64,000 nt of DNA, taken from positions 171,591 to 235,590 of the forward strand of contig JAFPXD010000007.1 in NCBI GenBank assembly GCA_017394835.1, read 5' to 3'. Position numbers and translations under genes: made by a program. This stretch comes from Clostridia bacterium (lineage in GTDB: Bacteria; Bacillota; Clostridia; Christensenellales; CAG-138). Shown here in pieces: positions 19,245 through 28,342 of this stretch. The notes under the pieces were generated by a model. That model searched no databases and was not told the origin of the DNA. It saw only the letters and a program-made list of their open reading frames with translations. How positions within the stretch are numbered: the first letter of the stretch is position 1; the number at the start of each line of letters is the position of its first letter.

Positions 19245-19277
19245 AGTTGCATAATTTGATTTATGCGAGGGCATACT

Positions 19278-19487
19278 ATGAACAAGATAGCTCAATTTAT
19301 TAAGGAGAGCCGCAAGCAGGCCGGGCTCACGCAGGAGGAGTTTGCACTGCGCTCCGGGCTCGGGCTCAGATTCGTGCGCGAGCTTGAGCAGGGCAAATCG
19401 ACGGTACGCATGGACAAGGTCAATATCGCGCTCGGTATGTTCGGCTATGAGGCTGTCCCGGGCAAAACGGAAAGGAGCGAGGAATGA
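19278..19487 (+). CDS. hipB: XRE-family HTH protein (HipB-like)
   Basis: The HTH is LTQEEFALRSGLGLRFVRELEQGK. GAGGG precedes ATG 19278 (the track start is 19263). The stop overlaps the next start. Confidence 0.75.
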   Translation: MNKIAQFIKESRKQAGLTQEEFALRSGLGLRFVRELEQGKSTVRMDKVNIALGMFGYEAVPGKTERSEE

Positions 19488-19939
19488 ACATGACATTGGA
19501 TGAATTCCGAATTGCTCACAGTAAAATCATAGCATTGTATCAAGGCCTCGAATTCAATCTGAAGAGGATCTGCTCCATTCTGAGTGATAAAGGCTTTATT
19601 GCAAGCATGGATGACCTTGAACGTGACAGCATGGGCAGCGTGATCCGAGAGCTCGTCAAGCTTACAAAGGATAATGATACCCTTCGTCTTTCCGATACTG
19701 CATACGAGGTGCTGAACAAGTTCCGCGAGAAGCGCAACTATTGGTGCCATCAGTGCTATCTTGATATTTGCGTAAAAAAAGACGCCCAGAGGCGCGAAGT
19801 ACTCAAGGCGGGAAGAAGTGAAGCGATAGGGCATATGCTTATAGACGAGACCTGCGAACTTGAAGCATTCGGTGCGGAACTTGAGGAGTTGTACTTTACT
19901 CTAACTCGAAAGATATTTGATTTACGGAGGAACGCCTGA
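19484..19939 (+). CDS. Hypothetical 151-aa protein with HEPN-type RNxxxH motif
   Basis: FREKRNYWCHQ contains an Rx4H (RNYWCH) motif in a predicted all-helical protein of minimal-HEPN size. The gene overlaps both neighbours (ATGA / TGATG). Confidence 0.5.
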   Translation: MNMTLDEFRIAHSKIIALYQGLEFNLKRICSILSDKGFIASMDDLERDSMGSVIRELVKLTKDNDTLRLSDTAYEVLNKFREKRNYWCHQCYLDICVKKDAQRREVLKAGRSEAIGHMLIDETCELEAFGAELEELYFTLTRKIFDLRRNA

Positions 19940-20277
19940 TGAACACCTTCAGGACCGCTTACATTTACGTTCGCGACAGCTTCGCCGGGCTCCTCTCGGA
20001 GACCGACGAGGGCTATATCTTCACATACGATCCTGCCTATCTGTCCGCTCCAAATGCGTCCGCCGTGTCGCTGACGATGCCGCTGACAAAAAAGCCGTAT
20101 GTCTCGAAAACGATGTTCCCGTTCTTCGACGGGCTCGTTCCCGAAGGCTGGCTGCTCGAAGTCGTCAGCCGCAACTGGAAGCTCGATCCTCAGGACCGCT
20201 TCGGGCTGCTGCTCGTCGCCTGCCGCGACGGTATCGGCAATGTGAGCGTCAAGCCCAGATCGGAGGTGACTGAATGA
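19939..20277 (+). CDS. hipS: HipA N-terminal-subdomain protein (HipS-like)
   Basis: 112 aa: AGLLSETDEGYIFTYDPAYL..FPFFDGLVPEGW is typical of the HipA N-terminal / coupling domain encoded as a separate ORF. Confidence 0.7.
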   Translation: MNTFRTAYIYVRDSFAGLLSETDEGYIFTYDPAYLSAPNASAVSLTMPLTKKPYVSKTMFPFFDGLVPEGWLLEVVSRNWKLDPQDRFGLLLVACRDGIGNVSVKPRSEVTE

Positions 20278-21227
20278 ACTGCCTTTGCTGCGGGAAACCG
20301 CTTGAACCCAATACCGAACACGGATGGCACGACAGATGCATAAAGAAGTTCTTCGGGACCACGAAGCTTCCGCTGATCGAGCTTGACGAGGAATCGCTTT
20401 CCGTACTCGTTGAAAAGAGCACGGACAAGGGCTTTACCGTGCCGGGAGTGCAGAAGAAGCTTTCACTCCATCTCCATTCAGGCCGCGGACAGCAGCCCCG
20501 CCTTACGCTCGTGGACTATCCGACCGGCTACATACTGAAGCCTCAGGTCGAAGCCTTCACGGCGCTCCCGGAGTCCGAGCATCTTGTAATGCAGATGGCG
20601 GCGCACGTCGGGATCAAGACGGTCCCGCACGCTCTCATAAAGGCCGAGAGCGGATACGCTTTCATTACAAAGCGCGTCGATCGTATCAAGGATAAAAGCG
20701 GCATGAAAAAGCTTGCAATGGAGGACTTCTGCCAGCTGGACGAAAGGCTGACGCAGGATAAATACAAGGGCTCGTATGAGCGCTGCGCGAAGCTTATTAA
20801 GAAGTATTCGTCGATCCCGGCGCTCGATATGGCGGAGCTTTTCCTGCGGCTGGTCTTCTCCTTCGCCGTCGGCAATTCAGATATGCACCTCAAGAATTTC
20901 TCGCTCATAGAGACAGCTCCCGAAAGCGGCGTTTACGTTCTTTCTCCGGCTTACGACCTGCTCCCGGTCAATCTGGTCATGCCGGAGGATAAGGAGCAGT
21001 TCGCCCTGCTGATGAACGGCAGGAAGGCCAATCTTCACCGAAAGGACTTCCTTATCTTTGCAGATACCGCGGGCATACCCGAAAAGGCCGCGAACGATTT
21101 ACTGGGCAGCGTCGTCGCCGCGCTTCCCGGGTTTATCGCGGATGCGGAAAGCTCGCTGCTGCCGGATGACATGAAAGCGGGCTTGATAGCGCTGATGGAG
21201 GATAGGTGCGGCGCAATCAAAGCGTGA
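20274..21227 (+). CDS. hipT: HipA-family Ser/Thr kinase core (HipT-like)
   Basis: It has the N-terminal Cys motif CLCCGKPL..HDRCIKKFFG, the P-loop-like GVQKKLS, the catalytic VGNSDMHLKNFSL and the Mg-binding SPAYDLLPV. Confidence 0.8.
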   Translation: MNCLCCGKPLEPNTEHGWHDRCIKKFFGTTKLPLIELDEESLSVLVEKSTDKGFTVPGVQKKLSLHLHSGRGQQPRLTLVDYPTGYILKPQVEAFTALPESEHLVMQMAAHVGIKTVPHALIKAESGYAFITKRVDRIKDKSGMKKLAMEDFCQLDERLTQDKYKGSYERCAKLIKKYSSIPALDMAELFLRLVFSFAVGNSDMHLKNFSLIETAPESGVYVLSPAYDLLPVNLVMPEDKEQFALLMNGRKANLHRKDFLIFADTAGIPEKAANDLLGSVVAALPGFIADAESSLLPDDMKAGLIALMEDRCGAIKA

Positions 21228-21365
21228 TCACCTGATCAAATCGATCACCGAACTATTTCCGATAGAAAGAGCGCCCGCACAAGCGAGCGCTCAGACCACG
21301 GACAAAGCCCGCGATTTTGCGGGCTTTGTTGCATATATCAGTTGTTGAAATACGGTCAAGAGCTT

Positions 21366-21581
21366 TTAAAAGACAGGAGCCCCCAGCCTGTGCAGGACGG
21401 TCGCTATCTTTTTCATGTTCTGCACGGCGGCGGTAAGCAGACATTGCTCTTCGACTTTGGCAAGCCCGCGCATACGGCAATATCTCTGACCGTGGAGCTC
21501 TTTGGACTCCGCAAAGCTTCGCTCGATGGTCTCTTTTCGGCGTTTGTAGATCTTTCTTCCGATATCCGAATCCTCTTCAAA
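21366..21581 (-). pseudogene. IS1182/IS5-type DDE transposase, C-terminal remnant (~71 codons)
   Basis: My minus-strand translation reads FEEDSDIGRKIYKRRKETIERSFAESKELHGQRYCRMRGLAKVEEQCLLTAAVQNMKKIATVL*. It matches the conserved C-terminus of IS1182-family transposases. An in-frame stop lies just upstream, so only the tail survives. Confidence 0.65.
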
Positions 21582-21667
21582 GCAAAGACCTCCTTACCGA
21601 AACGATTACAGAAAAGTGTTTTATATTCATTCTTATCTCGTGCATAATAGCGATCTCCCTGTGTTGT

Positions 21668-21997
21668 CTAAACATCAAAGTGGATAACATACTTATTCTC
21701 GTGCTGTGCCCTTATAAGTATCTCAGCCAACTCGGACAATTCTTTTGTACCCCAAATCAGCTGAATAACAGAATCCAGCGATTCCGGCGGGATCAGTGTA
21801 ATACCCCAATAAGCCAGACCGTATTCAGGTCTGTCCATAGTGTGCCAGTATGACTTTGTCATATTTAGTTTTTGGCAAAGAGGGAGAATATACCGGTCAT
21901 CAACGCTGATGCAGTTATATTTCTCCGGTTCAAAAAGATCATATCTTTCTCCGCTGCATGGAGCTTTTTGCATGATCCCGAAATGGTGATTCGGCAT
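21668..21997 (-). CDS. Hypothetical protein (109 aa)
   Basis: An isolated ORF in a low-GC stretch with no recognisable motif. Confidence 0.35.
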   Translation of the reverse strand: MPNHHFGIMQKAPCSGERYDLFEPEKYNCISVDDRYILPLCQKLNMTKSYWHTMDRPEYGLAYWGITLIPPESLDSVIQLIWGTKELSELAEILIRAQHENKYVIHFDV

Positions 21998-22276
21998 ATA
22001 GCCACCTTCTTTTCAGCCAATGATTTTTGGCTTTTAGTACGGCATAATTATAGTATTGACGACTTTTTTAGTCAAGTTGGATCAAGGCAAAGAAAAGAAT
22101 TGGGCGTGATTGCCGCAATCCTAAAGAAGAGTTGGCTGCTTTGGGCTCTCCGCCGAAAATCAGGTTGTGTATGCTCCGATTCGCAGGATATTTTTTCGCC
22201 AAATCGCAGGTTTTGCTTGATTATTATTCGATAATGCTGTATACTATTATCAGCAAACAGGACGGAGGATAGCCTA

Positions 22277-23554
22277 ATGGCAATTTATAAACCGAGGGTG
22301 ATCGATGAGGCGATCGCTCATCGTTTGAGAAATAAAGGGGCGATACTGGTGGAAGGCGCAAAATGGTGCGGTAAAACGACCACCTGCGAACAGCATGCGG
22401 CAAGCATCCTTTATATGAGCGATCCCGACAGGGTGAGGCAAAATCTGCAGCTTGCCGATATAAGCCCGCGTTCGCTGCTTCAGGGCGAAACGCCTCGTCT
22501 TATTGACGAATGGCAGATGGCTCCGAAGCTTTGGGATGCAGTGCGTTTCGAAGCGGATCACCGTGACGGCTTCGGGCATTTCCTTTTGACCGGCTCCGCA
22601 GTCCCGGCGGATCTTGAGCAGGTGCATCATACCGGCACCGGCAGATTCGCATGGATCAGAATGAGGCCGATGAGCCTTTACGAATCCGGCGAATCCTCCG
22701 GCGCTGTCAGCCTCGGTGCGCTGTTCTCCGAAGGCGACATGCCGATTTTCGCGGAGAACACGGCAACACTTGAAGACATCGCATTTCTGATCTGCCGCGG
22801 CGGATGGCCGCAGGCAACTTTCCTTGAGGGCGAAGACGCCCTTGTGCAGTCCTTCGACTACCTTGATGCAGTTGTGAAATCCGATATCAGCCGCGTGGAC
22901 GGCGTTTCGCGCAATGAGAACCGTGCGCGTCTTTTAATGCGCTCTCTGGCAAGGCATCAGGGCACGCAGGCTCCGAACACCACCATCTGCGAGGATATCA
23001 ACGTCAGCGACGATATGGAGCTGAGCAAAGATACCGTGGTTTCATACACCAACGCGCTGAAAAAGATATTCGTTATCGAGGACTGTCCCGCATGGAGCCC
23101 GAATCTCCGATCTAAAACGGCGATTCGCACCTCCGATACCCGCTATTTCGTGGATCCTTCCATTGCAACGGCCGCTCTCGGCGTCGGTCCCGGCGACCTT
23201 TTGAACGATCTGGAGACCTGCGGCCTGTTCTTTGAAACGCTCTGCATCCGCGATCTGCGCGTTTATGCCGAGTCGATGGACGGCAGCGTGTACCATTTCC
23301 GCACCAAGGAAGGCTTGGAATGCGACGCGGTCATACATCTGCGCAACGGCAGCTACGGCCTTGTCGAGATCAAGCTCGGAGGGGATAAGCTTATCGAGGA
23401 GGGCGCGCATACGCTTAAGGCAGTTGCCGACAAGATCGACACCTCCAAGATGAAAGAACCGTCGTTCCTTATGGTGCTGACCGGAACTTCTCCCTACGCC
23501 TACAGGCGCGAGGACGGAGTTTGTGTCGTGCCGATAACGACACTAAAGAACTGA
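22277..23554 (+). CDS. AAA-type ATPase (AAA_14/DUF4143-like architecture)
   Basis: It has the Walker A VEGAKWCGKTTT and a Walker-B-like FLLTGS. The size (425 aa) and C-terminal region fit DUF4143 ATPases by recollection. Confidence 0.6.
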   Translation: MAIYKPRVIDEAIAHRLRNKGAILVEGAKWCGKTTTCEQHAASILYMSDPDRVRQNLQLADISPRSLLQGETPRLIDEWQMAPKLWDAVRFEADHRDGFGHFLLTGSAVPADLEQVHHTGTGRFAWIRMRPMSLYESGESSGAVSLGALFSEGDMPIFAENTATLEDIAFLICRGGWPQATFLEGEDALVQSFDYLDAVVKSDISRVDGVSRNENRARLLMRSLARHQGTQAPNTTICEDINVSDDMELSKDTVVSYTNALKKIFVIEDCPAWSPNLRSKTAIRTSDTRYFVDPSIATAALGVGPGDLLNDLETCGLFFETLCIRDLRVYAESMDGSVYHFRTKEGLECDAVIHLRNGSYGLVEIKLGGDKLIEEGAHTLKAVADKIDTSKMKEPSFLMVLTGTSPYAYRREDGVCVVPITTLKN

Positions 23555-23610
23555 GCGAATGATCGTCGCACAGCATGAACATATCACGAAGGATTTATAA
23601 GGAATAAACT

Positions 23611-26361
23611 ATGACACCCGAAGAAAGAGCCCGACAACTTATTGACGCTCGCCTTGAACAGTCCGGCTGGGTATTGCAGGATTTGCGCAGCGTTAATCCC
23701 ATGGCGTCGCTCGGCGTGGCGGTAAGGGAATACCCCACCAGCACCGGGCCGGTCGACTACGCCCTTTTTGTCGGCGGCAAACCGGTCGGTGTGATCGAGG
23801 CAAAGAGGGATGATCTCGGTGAAAACATCACCGTGGTCGAAGGTCAATCCGGCCGCTATGCAAACAGCACTTTCAGATACATCACAACCGATTATAATAT
23901 CCGCTTTGCGTATGAGGCGACCGGACAGATCACGCGGTTCACGGATTACAGCGATATCAAATACCGTTCCCGCCGTGTGTTTTCGTTCCACAGGCCGGAA
24001 ACTCTGCAGGCGCTCCTTTCAAAGCCCGATACGATCCGCAATAATATGAAGCGCTTCCCGGTCTTCGATACGACCGGCTTCCGCAAATGCCAGATCACGG
24101 CGATCCAAAACCTCGATGCTTCCTTTGCGGAAAACCGCCCCAAGGCGTTGGTGCAGATGGCGACCGGCGCGGGCAAGACGTTTACCGCAATCACGGCGGC
24201 ATACCGTCTTTTGAAATTCGGAAAGATGCGCCGCATACTGTTCCTCGTTGATACCAAGTCCCTTGGCGAACAGGCCGAGCGCGAGTTCCTTGCCTACACT
24301 CCGAACGACGATAATCGCTCGTTTGCCCAGCTTTACGGCGTGCGCCGCCTGAACAGCTCCTATATCCCGAACGACGTTCAGATCTGCATCAGCACAATTC
24401 AGCGTATGTATTCGATCCTGAAGGGCGAGGAAATGGACGAATCGGCGGAGGAAGAATCCCTCTTCGAGCAGAAAGGCGCAGATTCCCAGCCCGCAAAAGA
24501 GGTCGTCTATAACGAAAAGTATCCCCCGGAGTTCTTCGACTGCATAATCGTCGATGAGTGTCACCGATCTATTTACAATGTCTGGAATCAGGTGCTTGAA
24601 TACTTCGACGCCTTTATCATCGGTCTGACCGCAACGCCGGACAAGCGCACCTATGCGTTTTTCAATCAGAATATCGTCAGCGAGTATTCCCGCGAGCAGG
24701 CCATCATCGACGGCGTCAACGTCGGTGAAGACATCTTCCTGATCGAGACCGACGTCACCAGGAACGGCGCTCACATAATGAAGCAGCAGATCGAATACCG
24801 CGACCGTCTGACCCGTGCAAAACGCTGGAAGCAGATGGATGAGGATATGGATTACACCGCTTCCAACATGGATCGGGACGTGGTCAATCCAAGCCAGATC
24901 CGCACCGTTATCCGCACCTTCAAGGAGTGCCTGCCGACGCAGCTTTTCCCGCATCGTCACGAGGTGCCGAAAACGCTGATATTCGCAAAGACCGACAGTC
25001 ATGCGGACGACATCATTCAGATCGTGCGCGAGGAGTTCGGCGAGGGCAACGAGTTCTGTCAAAAGATCACCTGTCAGGCGGACCGCCCGGAGACCGTGCT
25101 CAGCGCCTTCCGCAACGATTATTATCCCCGCATAGCCGTCACCGTCGATATGATCGCCACCGGCACGGACGTCAAGCCCATCGAGTGCCTTATCTTCATG
25201 CGCGACGTTCGCAGCAAGAACTATTTCGAGCAGATGAAGGGCCGCGGTACCCGCACGCTCGGCAAGGACGATCTGCAGAAGGTCACGCCCTCCGCCACGG
25301 AGAACAAGGACCATTTCGTTATCGTGGACGCTGTCGGCGTTACCAAATCCAGAAAGACCGAGACCCGCACTCTGGAGCGCAAGCCCTCCGTCAGCATGAA
25401 GGAGCTGATGCTCAACGTGGCGATGGGCGCAAAGGACGGGAATACCCTCACTTCGCTTGCGAACCGCGTTATCCGTTTGAACAGTCAGATGACCGACAGG
25501 GAGCGCAGTGAATTCAGCTCCGCCGTCGGCAGCAGCGCGGGCGTTATAGCACAGCGGCTTCTGGACGTCTTCGATCCGGACGTCGTTTCTTTGAAGGCCG
25601 GAGTCGATCTTTCAGACGATCACGAGCCCACCGAGGACGAGCGGCGCCGCATGGACGAGGTGAAAATAGAGCTCGTCAAGGAGGCTGTGCAGCCGTTCTA
25701 TGCTCCCGAAGTCCGCGATTACATCGAAAACGTGCGCCGCAGCCATGAGCAGGTGATCGATTCCGTCAATATCGATGCCGTGCTTTTTGCGGGATTCGAT
25801 GCGGACAAGCAGGCGAATGCCGACAGGATCATAAAGACCTTCCGCGAGTTCATAGAGGAAAACAAGGACGAGATACTTGCCCTGCGCATCGTTTACAATC
25901 AGCGGTATAAGGATCGTCCCATGGCGATCGCCCGGCTCAAGGCGCTGTATGAAAAACTGAAAGCGCATAACATAACCGTTGACCGCCTGTGGGACTGCTA
26001 TGCCATCAAAAAGCCGGAGAAGGTCAGGCGGGGCACGGTTTCGCAGCTCACCGACCTTATCTCGATCATACGCTTCGAGATGGGCTATGCCGATAACCTT
26101 GCGCCCTTTGCGGACAGGGTGAACTATAACTTCATGCAGTGGACGCTGCGCCGCAACGCCGGCAGCGTGCACTTTACCGACGAGCAGATGGAGTGGCTGC
26201 GACTGATAAAGGATCATATCGCCGTATCCCTCAGCATCGAGCCGGAGGATCTGGACCTCAGCCCCTTTGACAGGAAGGGCGGCCTTGGCAGGTTCTATGA
26301 TGTGTTCGGCGCGGAGTATGAAAAGATTTTGTGGGAAATGAATGTAGAGTTGGTGGCTTAG
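23611..26361 (+). CDS. hsdR: Type I restriction enzyme R subunit (locus 1)
   Basis: It has the N-terminal RQLIDARLEQSGW nuclease-domain start, MATGAGKT (Walker A), IVDECHRS (DEAD/DECH box), QMKGRGTR (motif VI) and a long helical C-terminal domain. Confidence 0.9.
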   Translation: MTPEERARQLIDARLEQSGWVLQDLRSVNPMASLGVAVREYPTSTGPVDYALFVGGKPVGVIEAKRDDLGENITVVEGQSGRYANSTFRYITTDYNIRFAYEATGQITRFTDYSDIKYRSRRVFSFHRPETLQALLSKPDTIRNNMKRFPVFDTTGFRKCQITAIQNLDASFAENRPKALVQMATGAGKTFTAITAAYRLLKFGKMRRILFLVDTKSLGEQAEREFLAYTPNDDNRSFAQLYGVRRLNSSYIPNDVQICISTIQRMYSILKGEEMDESAEEESLFEQKGADSQPAKEVVYNEKYPPEFFDCIIVDECHRSIYNVWNQVLEYFDAFIIGLTATPDKRTYAFFNQNIVSEYSREQAIIDGVNVGEDIFLIETDVTRNGAHIMKQQIEYRDRLTRAKRWKQMDEDMDYTASNMDRDVVNPSQIRTVIRTFKECLPTQLFPHRHEVPKTLIFAKTDSHADDIIQIVREEFGEGNEFCQKITCQADRPETVLSAFRNDYYPRIAVTVDMIATGTDVKPIECLIFMRDVRSKNYFEQMKGRGTRTLGKDDLQKVTPSATENKDHFVIVDAVGVTKSRKTETRTLERKPSVSMKELMLNVAMGAKDGNTLTSLANRVIRLNSQMTDRERSEFSSAVGSSAGVIAQRLLDVFDPDVVSLKAGVDLSDDHEPTEDERRRMDEVKIELVKEAVQPFYAPEVRDYIENVRRSHEQVIDSVNIDAVLFAGFDADKQANADRIIKTFREFIEENKDEILALRIVYNQRYKDRPMAIARLKALYEKLKAHNITVDRLWDCYAIKKPEKVRRGTVSQLTDLISIIRFEMGYADNLAPFADRVNYNFMQWTLRRNAGSVHFTDEQMEWLRLIKDHIAVSLSIEPEDLDLSPFDRKGGLGRFYDVFGAEYEKILWEMNVELVA

Positions 26362-26371
26362 GAGATAGAAA

Positions 26372-27562
26372 ATGAAAATGATACGACTTGGAGATATTGC
26401 TACAATCTATAATGGTAACAGTATCAATGCCACAGTAAAAAAAGAAAAATACATGAAAAACGTTCCAGGATGGAACTACATTGGGACTAAGGATGTTGGA
26501 TTCGACGGAACAATATCATACAATACCGGAGTAATAATTCCTTATTTCGAAACCGGATTCAGAATTGCGCCTGCCGGAAGCATATTTGTTTGTTCCGAGG
26601 GTGGAAGCGCAGGCAAGAAGACTGCAATTGTTAATGAAGATGTATGCTTTGGAAACAAGTTATTTGCAATTGTAAATGACAAGGGAAAGTTTCTTCCGAA
26701 GTACCTTTTTTACTATTCAAGATTTGAGAGGTTCAGAGAACAGTTCAGGCTGTTGTCAACATCTCTCATGGGTGGCATTTCTTCAAAAAACTTTGCAGCA
26801 ATTGAGGTTCCTCTATATGATTTGCCCGATCAGGAGCGCATCGTTGCCAGGATTGAGGAAATGTTCTCCCAGCTTGACGCCGGTGTGGAAACGCTGAAGA
26901 AAACAAAAGCACAGCTTGCTGTGTATCGGCAGGCCGTGCTGAAAGAGGCGTTTGAGAATTGTATTGATAGCATCACCATGGCCAGCGTTGCTACAATGAT
27001 TGATCCGCAGCCAAGTCATAGAACACCACCTGAGTTTGAAAATGGGATTCCTTATATTGGCATTGGAGATATAGACTACACCGGAAAAACTATCCGGTTC
27101 AAAGATGCACGCAAAGTGAATCCAGTCGTGCATGAAGAACAATTGCAGCGTTATACATTGCGCGAAGGCGACTTTGTAATGGGCAAAATTGGAACCATAG
27201 GGAAGCCTTTCCGGTTGCCACTTCCGCAGAACTACACCTTATCCGCTAATGTAATTCTGATTCAACCGGATGCAGAAAGAATCAATCCCGAATACCTGTT
27301 CTGGCAGTTTTCCTCACCGTTAATCACAGAGCAGCTTATGGAAGGAAAAAACGAAACCAGTCAACCAGCGTTTGGTATTCAGAAAGCCCGACTGCTCCAG
27401 ATAAAAATGTGTTCTCCAGAGGACCAAGACAGAATTGTTTACGATATTCGAGAGAAAATCTCTGTATGCGAAAATATTGAGCAAACGGTGACTTTGTCAT
27501 TACAGCAGGCAGAAGCCATGCGGCAAAGCATTCTGAAAGAAGCATTTGAGGGGAGTTTATAA
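26372..27562 (+). CDS. hsdS: Type I R-M specificity subunit (locus 1)
   Basis: It has two target-recognition domains separated by conserved helices (..LDAGVETLKKTKAQLAVYRQAVLKEAFE.. and ..LQQAEAMRQSILKEAFEGSL). Confidence 0.9.
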   Translation: MKMIRLGDIATIYNGNSINATVKKEKYMKNVPGWNYIGTKDVGFDGTISYNTGVIIPYFETGFRIAPAGSIFVCSEGGSAGKKTAIVNEDVCFGNKLFAIVNDKGKFLPKYLFYYSRFERFREQFRLLSTSLMGGISSKNFAAIEVPLYDLPDQERIVARIEEMFSQLDAGVETLKKTKAQLAVYRQAVLKEAFENCIDSITMASVATMIDPQPSHRTPPEFENGIPYIGIGDIDYTGKTIRFKDARKVNPVVHEEQLQRYTLREGDFVMGKIGTIGKPFRLPLPQNYTLSANVILIQPDAERINPEYLFWQFSSPLITEQLMEGKNETSQPAFGIQKARLLQIKMCSPEDQDRIVYDIREKISVCENIEQTVTLSLQQAEAMRQSILKEAFEGSL

Positions 27563-27563
27563 A

Positions 27564-28283
27564 ATGATAATAAGAAAAGAAACTACATACCGCAAAAGGC
27601 TGGTTATCTCTCAAAATAGAATTATAGAGTTGGACAGTATTCTTGAAAAATACTGTGAAAGAATACGCTACAAGGCAACGACAGACCAAGGTACATCCCT
27701 CGCTTTTGAAGATCGCGATGAACTCTTGAAGTATGATAATTTTAAGAATGGAAAAACCATAAGCCTCGATGTTTCAGGTGAATCGAAGGATCGCTCGACT
27801 TCGATAGAAATCACCATAGCTCCAACATTTAAACTTAAGGACGAGACTGCTCGATGCAGATATGAGTTTTCGGACAATGATAAAGAAAGGCTGTTTGTTG
27901 ATGATTGGACAACCTTTCTTAAAAAGTGCACAGAGTATCAAATCAGCTATACTATCTGCAAAGTTGCAACATTCGTGTTTTGGCTTTCACTTGGAGTTTA
28001 TTTCCTTGTTCGATTCTTTAATACGAAGTTGAGGGATTTATCATATTATCCATTATTGTTTATACTAATGTTTTCGTTTATCAAAACTGTTACACATGAC
28101 AAAACAATATGGGATAGGGTGTTCCCTCCCGCTGTGTTCCCTTGGGGAGAAGAGAGGGAGAAAAACCTAAAAAGAATCAATATTCGCTCTCAACTGTTCT
28201 GGGCGGTAGTTATCCCAACCGCTATCAGTATCGCTTTTGAAATTGTATCCATTATCAGGATGGCGGGGACGCCAAAGCCCTAA
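27564..28283 (+). CDS. Hypothetical membrane protein embedded in R-M locus 1 (soluble N-terminal domain + 3 C-terminal TM helices)
   Basis: ATG 27564 lies 1 nt after the hsdS stop, with GAGGGGAG upstream. The hydrophobic segments are VATFVFWLSLGVYFLVRFF, YYPLLFILMFSFIKTV and LFWAVVIPTAISIAFEIVSII. Confidence 0.65.
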   Translation: MIIRKETTYRKRLVISQNRIIELDSILEKYCERIRYKATTDQGTSLAFEDRDELLKYDNFKNGKTISLDVSGESKDRSTSIEITIAPTFKLKDETARCRYEFSDNDKERLFVDDWTTFLKKCTEYQISYTICKVATFVFWLSLGVYFLVRFFNTKLRDLSYYPLLFILMFSFIKTVTHDKTIWDRVFPPAVFPWGEEREKNLKRINIRSQLFWAVVIPTAISIAFEIVSIIRMAGTPKP

Positions 28284-28342
28284 GCGATCAGCGCTGGTTT
28301 TTATAAGCCAAAGCCCATCTATATGTCATTAAGGAGAAAACG

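Noticed and set aside
19209-19496. 95-aa minus-strand ORF overlapping the hip promoter and hipB
   Set aside because: It is antisense to a well-supported HTH gene and its promoter, and it has no motif or RBS.
19939-21227. hipS/hipT as a frameshifted single hipA pseudogene
   Set aside because: The junction is a clean ATGA overlap. The downstream ORF begins with its own Cys-motif N-terminus (CLCCGKPL..HDRCIKKFFG), which is typical of independently translated HipT-type kinases. The split architecture is a known natural form (HipBST).
24019-25314. 431-aa antisense ORF opposite hsdR (similar cases: 5080-6045, 8143-9555, 9960-10898, 29337-30629, 35618-37222, 63025-63915)
   Set aside because: These are shadow ORFs typical of high-GC coding regions. 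The sense strand carries clear family motifs, while the antisense products are Arg/Ala/Gly-rich with no motifs or RBS.
27564-27970. cNMP-binding domain in the N-terminal part of the embedded membrane protein (string SGESKDRSTSIEI resembling a phosphate-binding cassette)
   Set aside because: The string is too short and lacks the FGE..PRSA spacing and the surrounding beta-barrel signature. It is kept only as a caveat in the finding and is not called as a feature.
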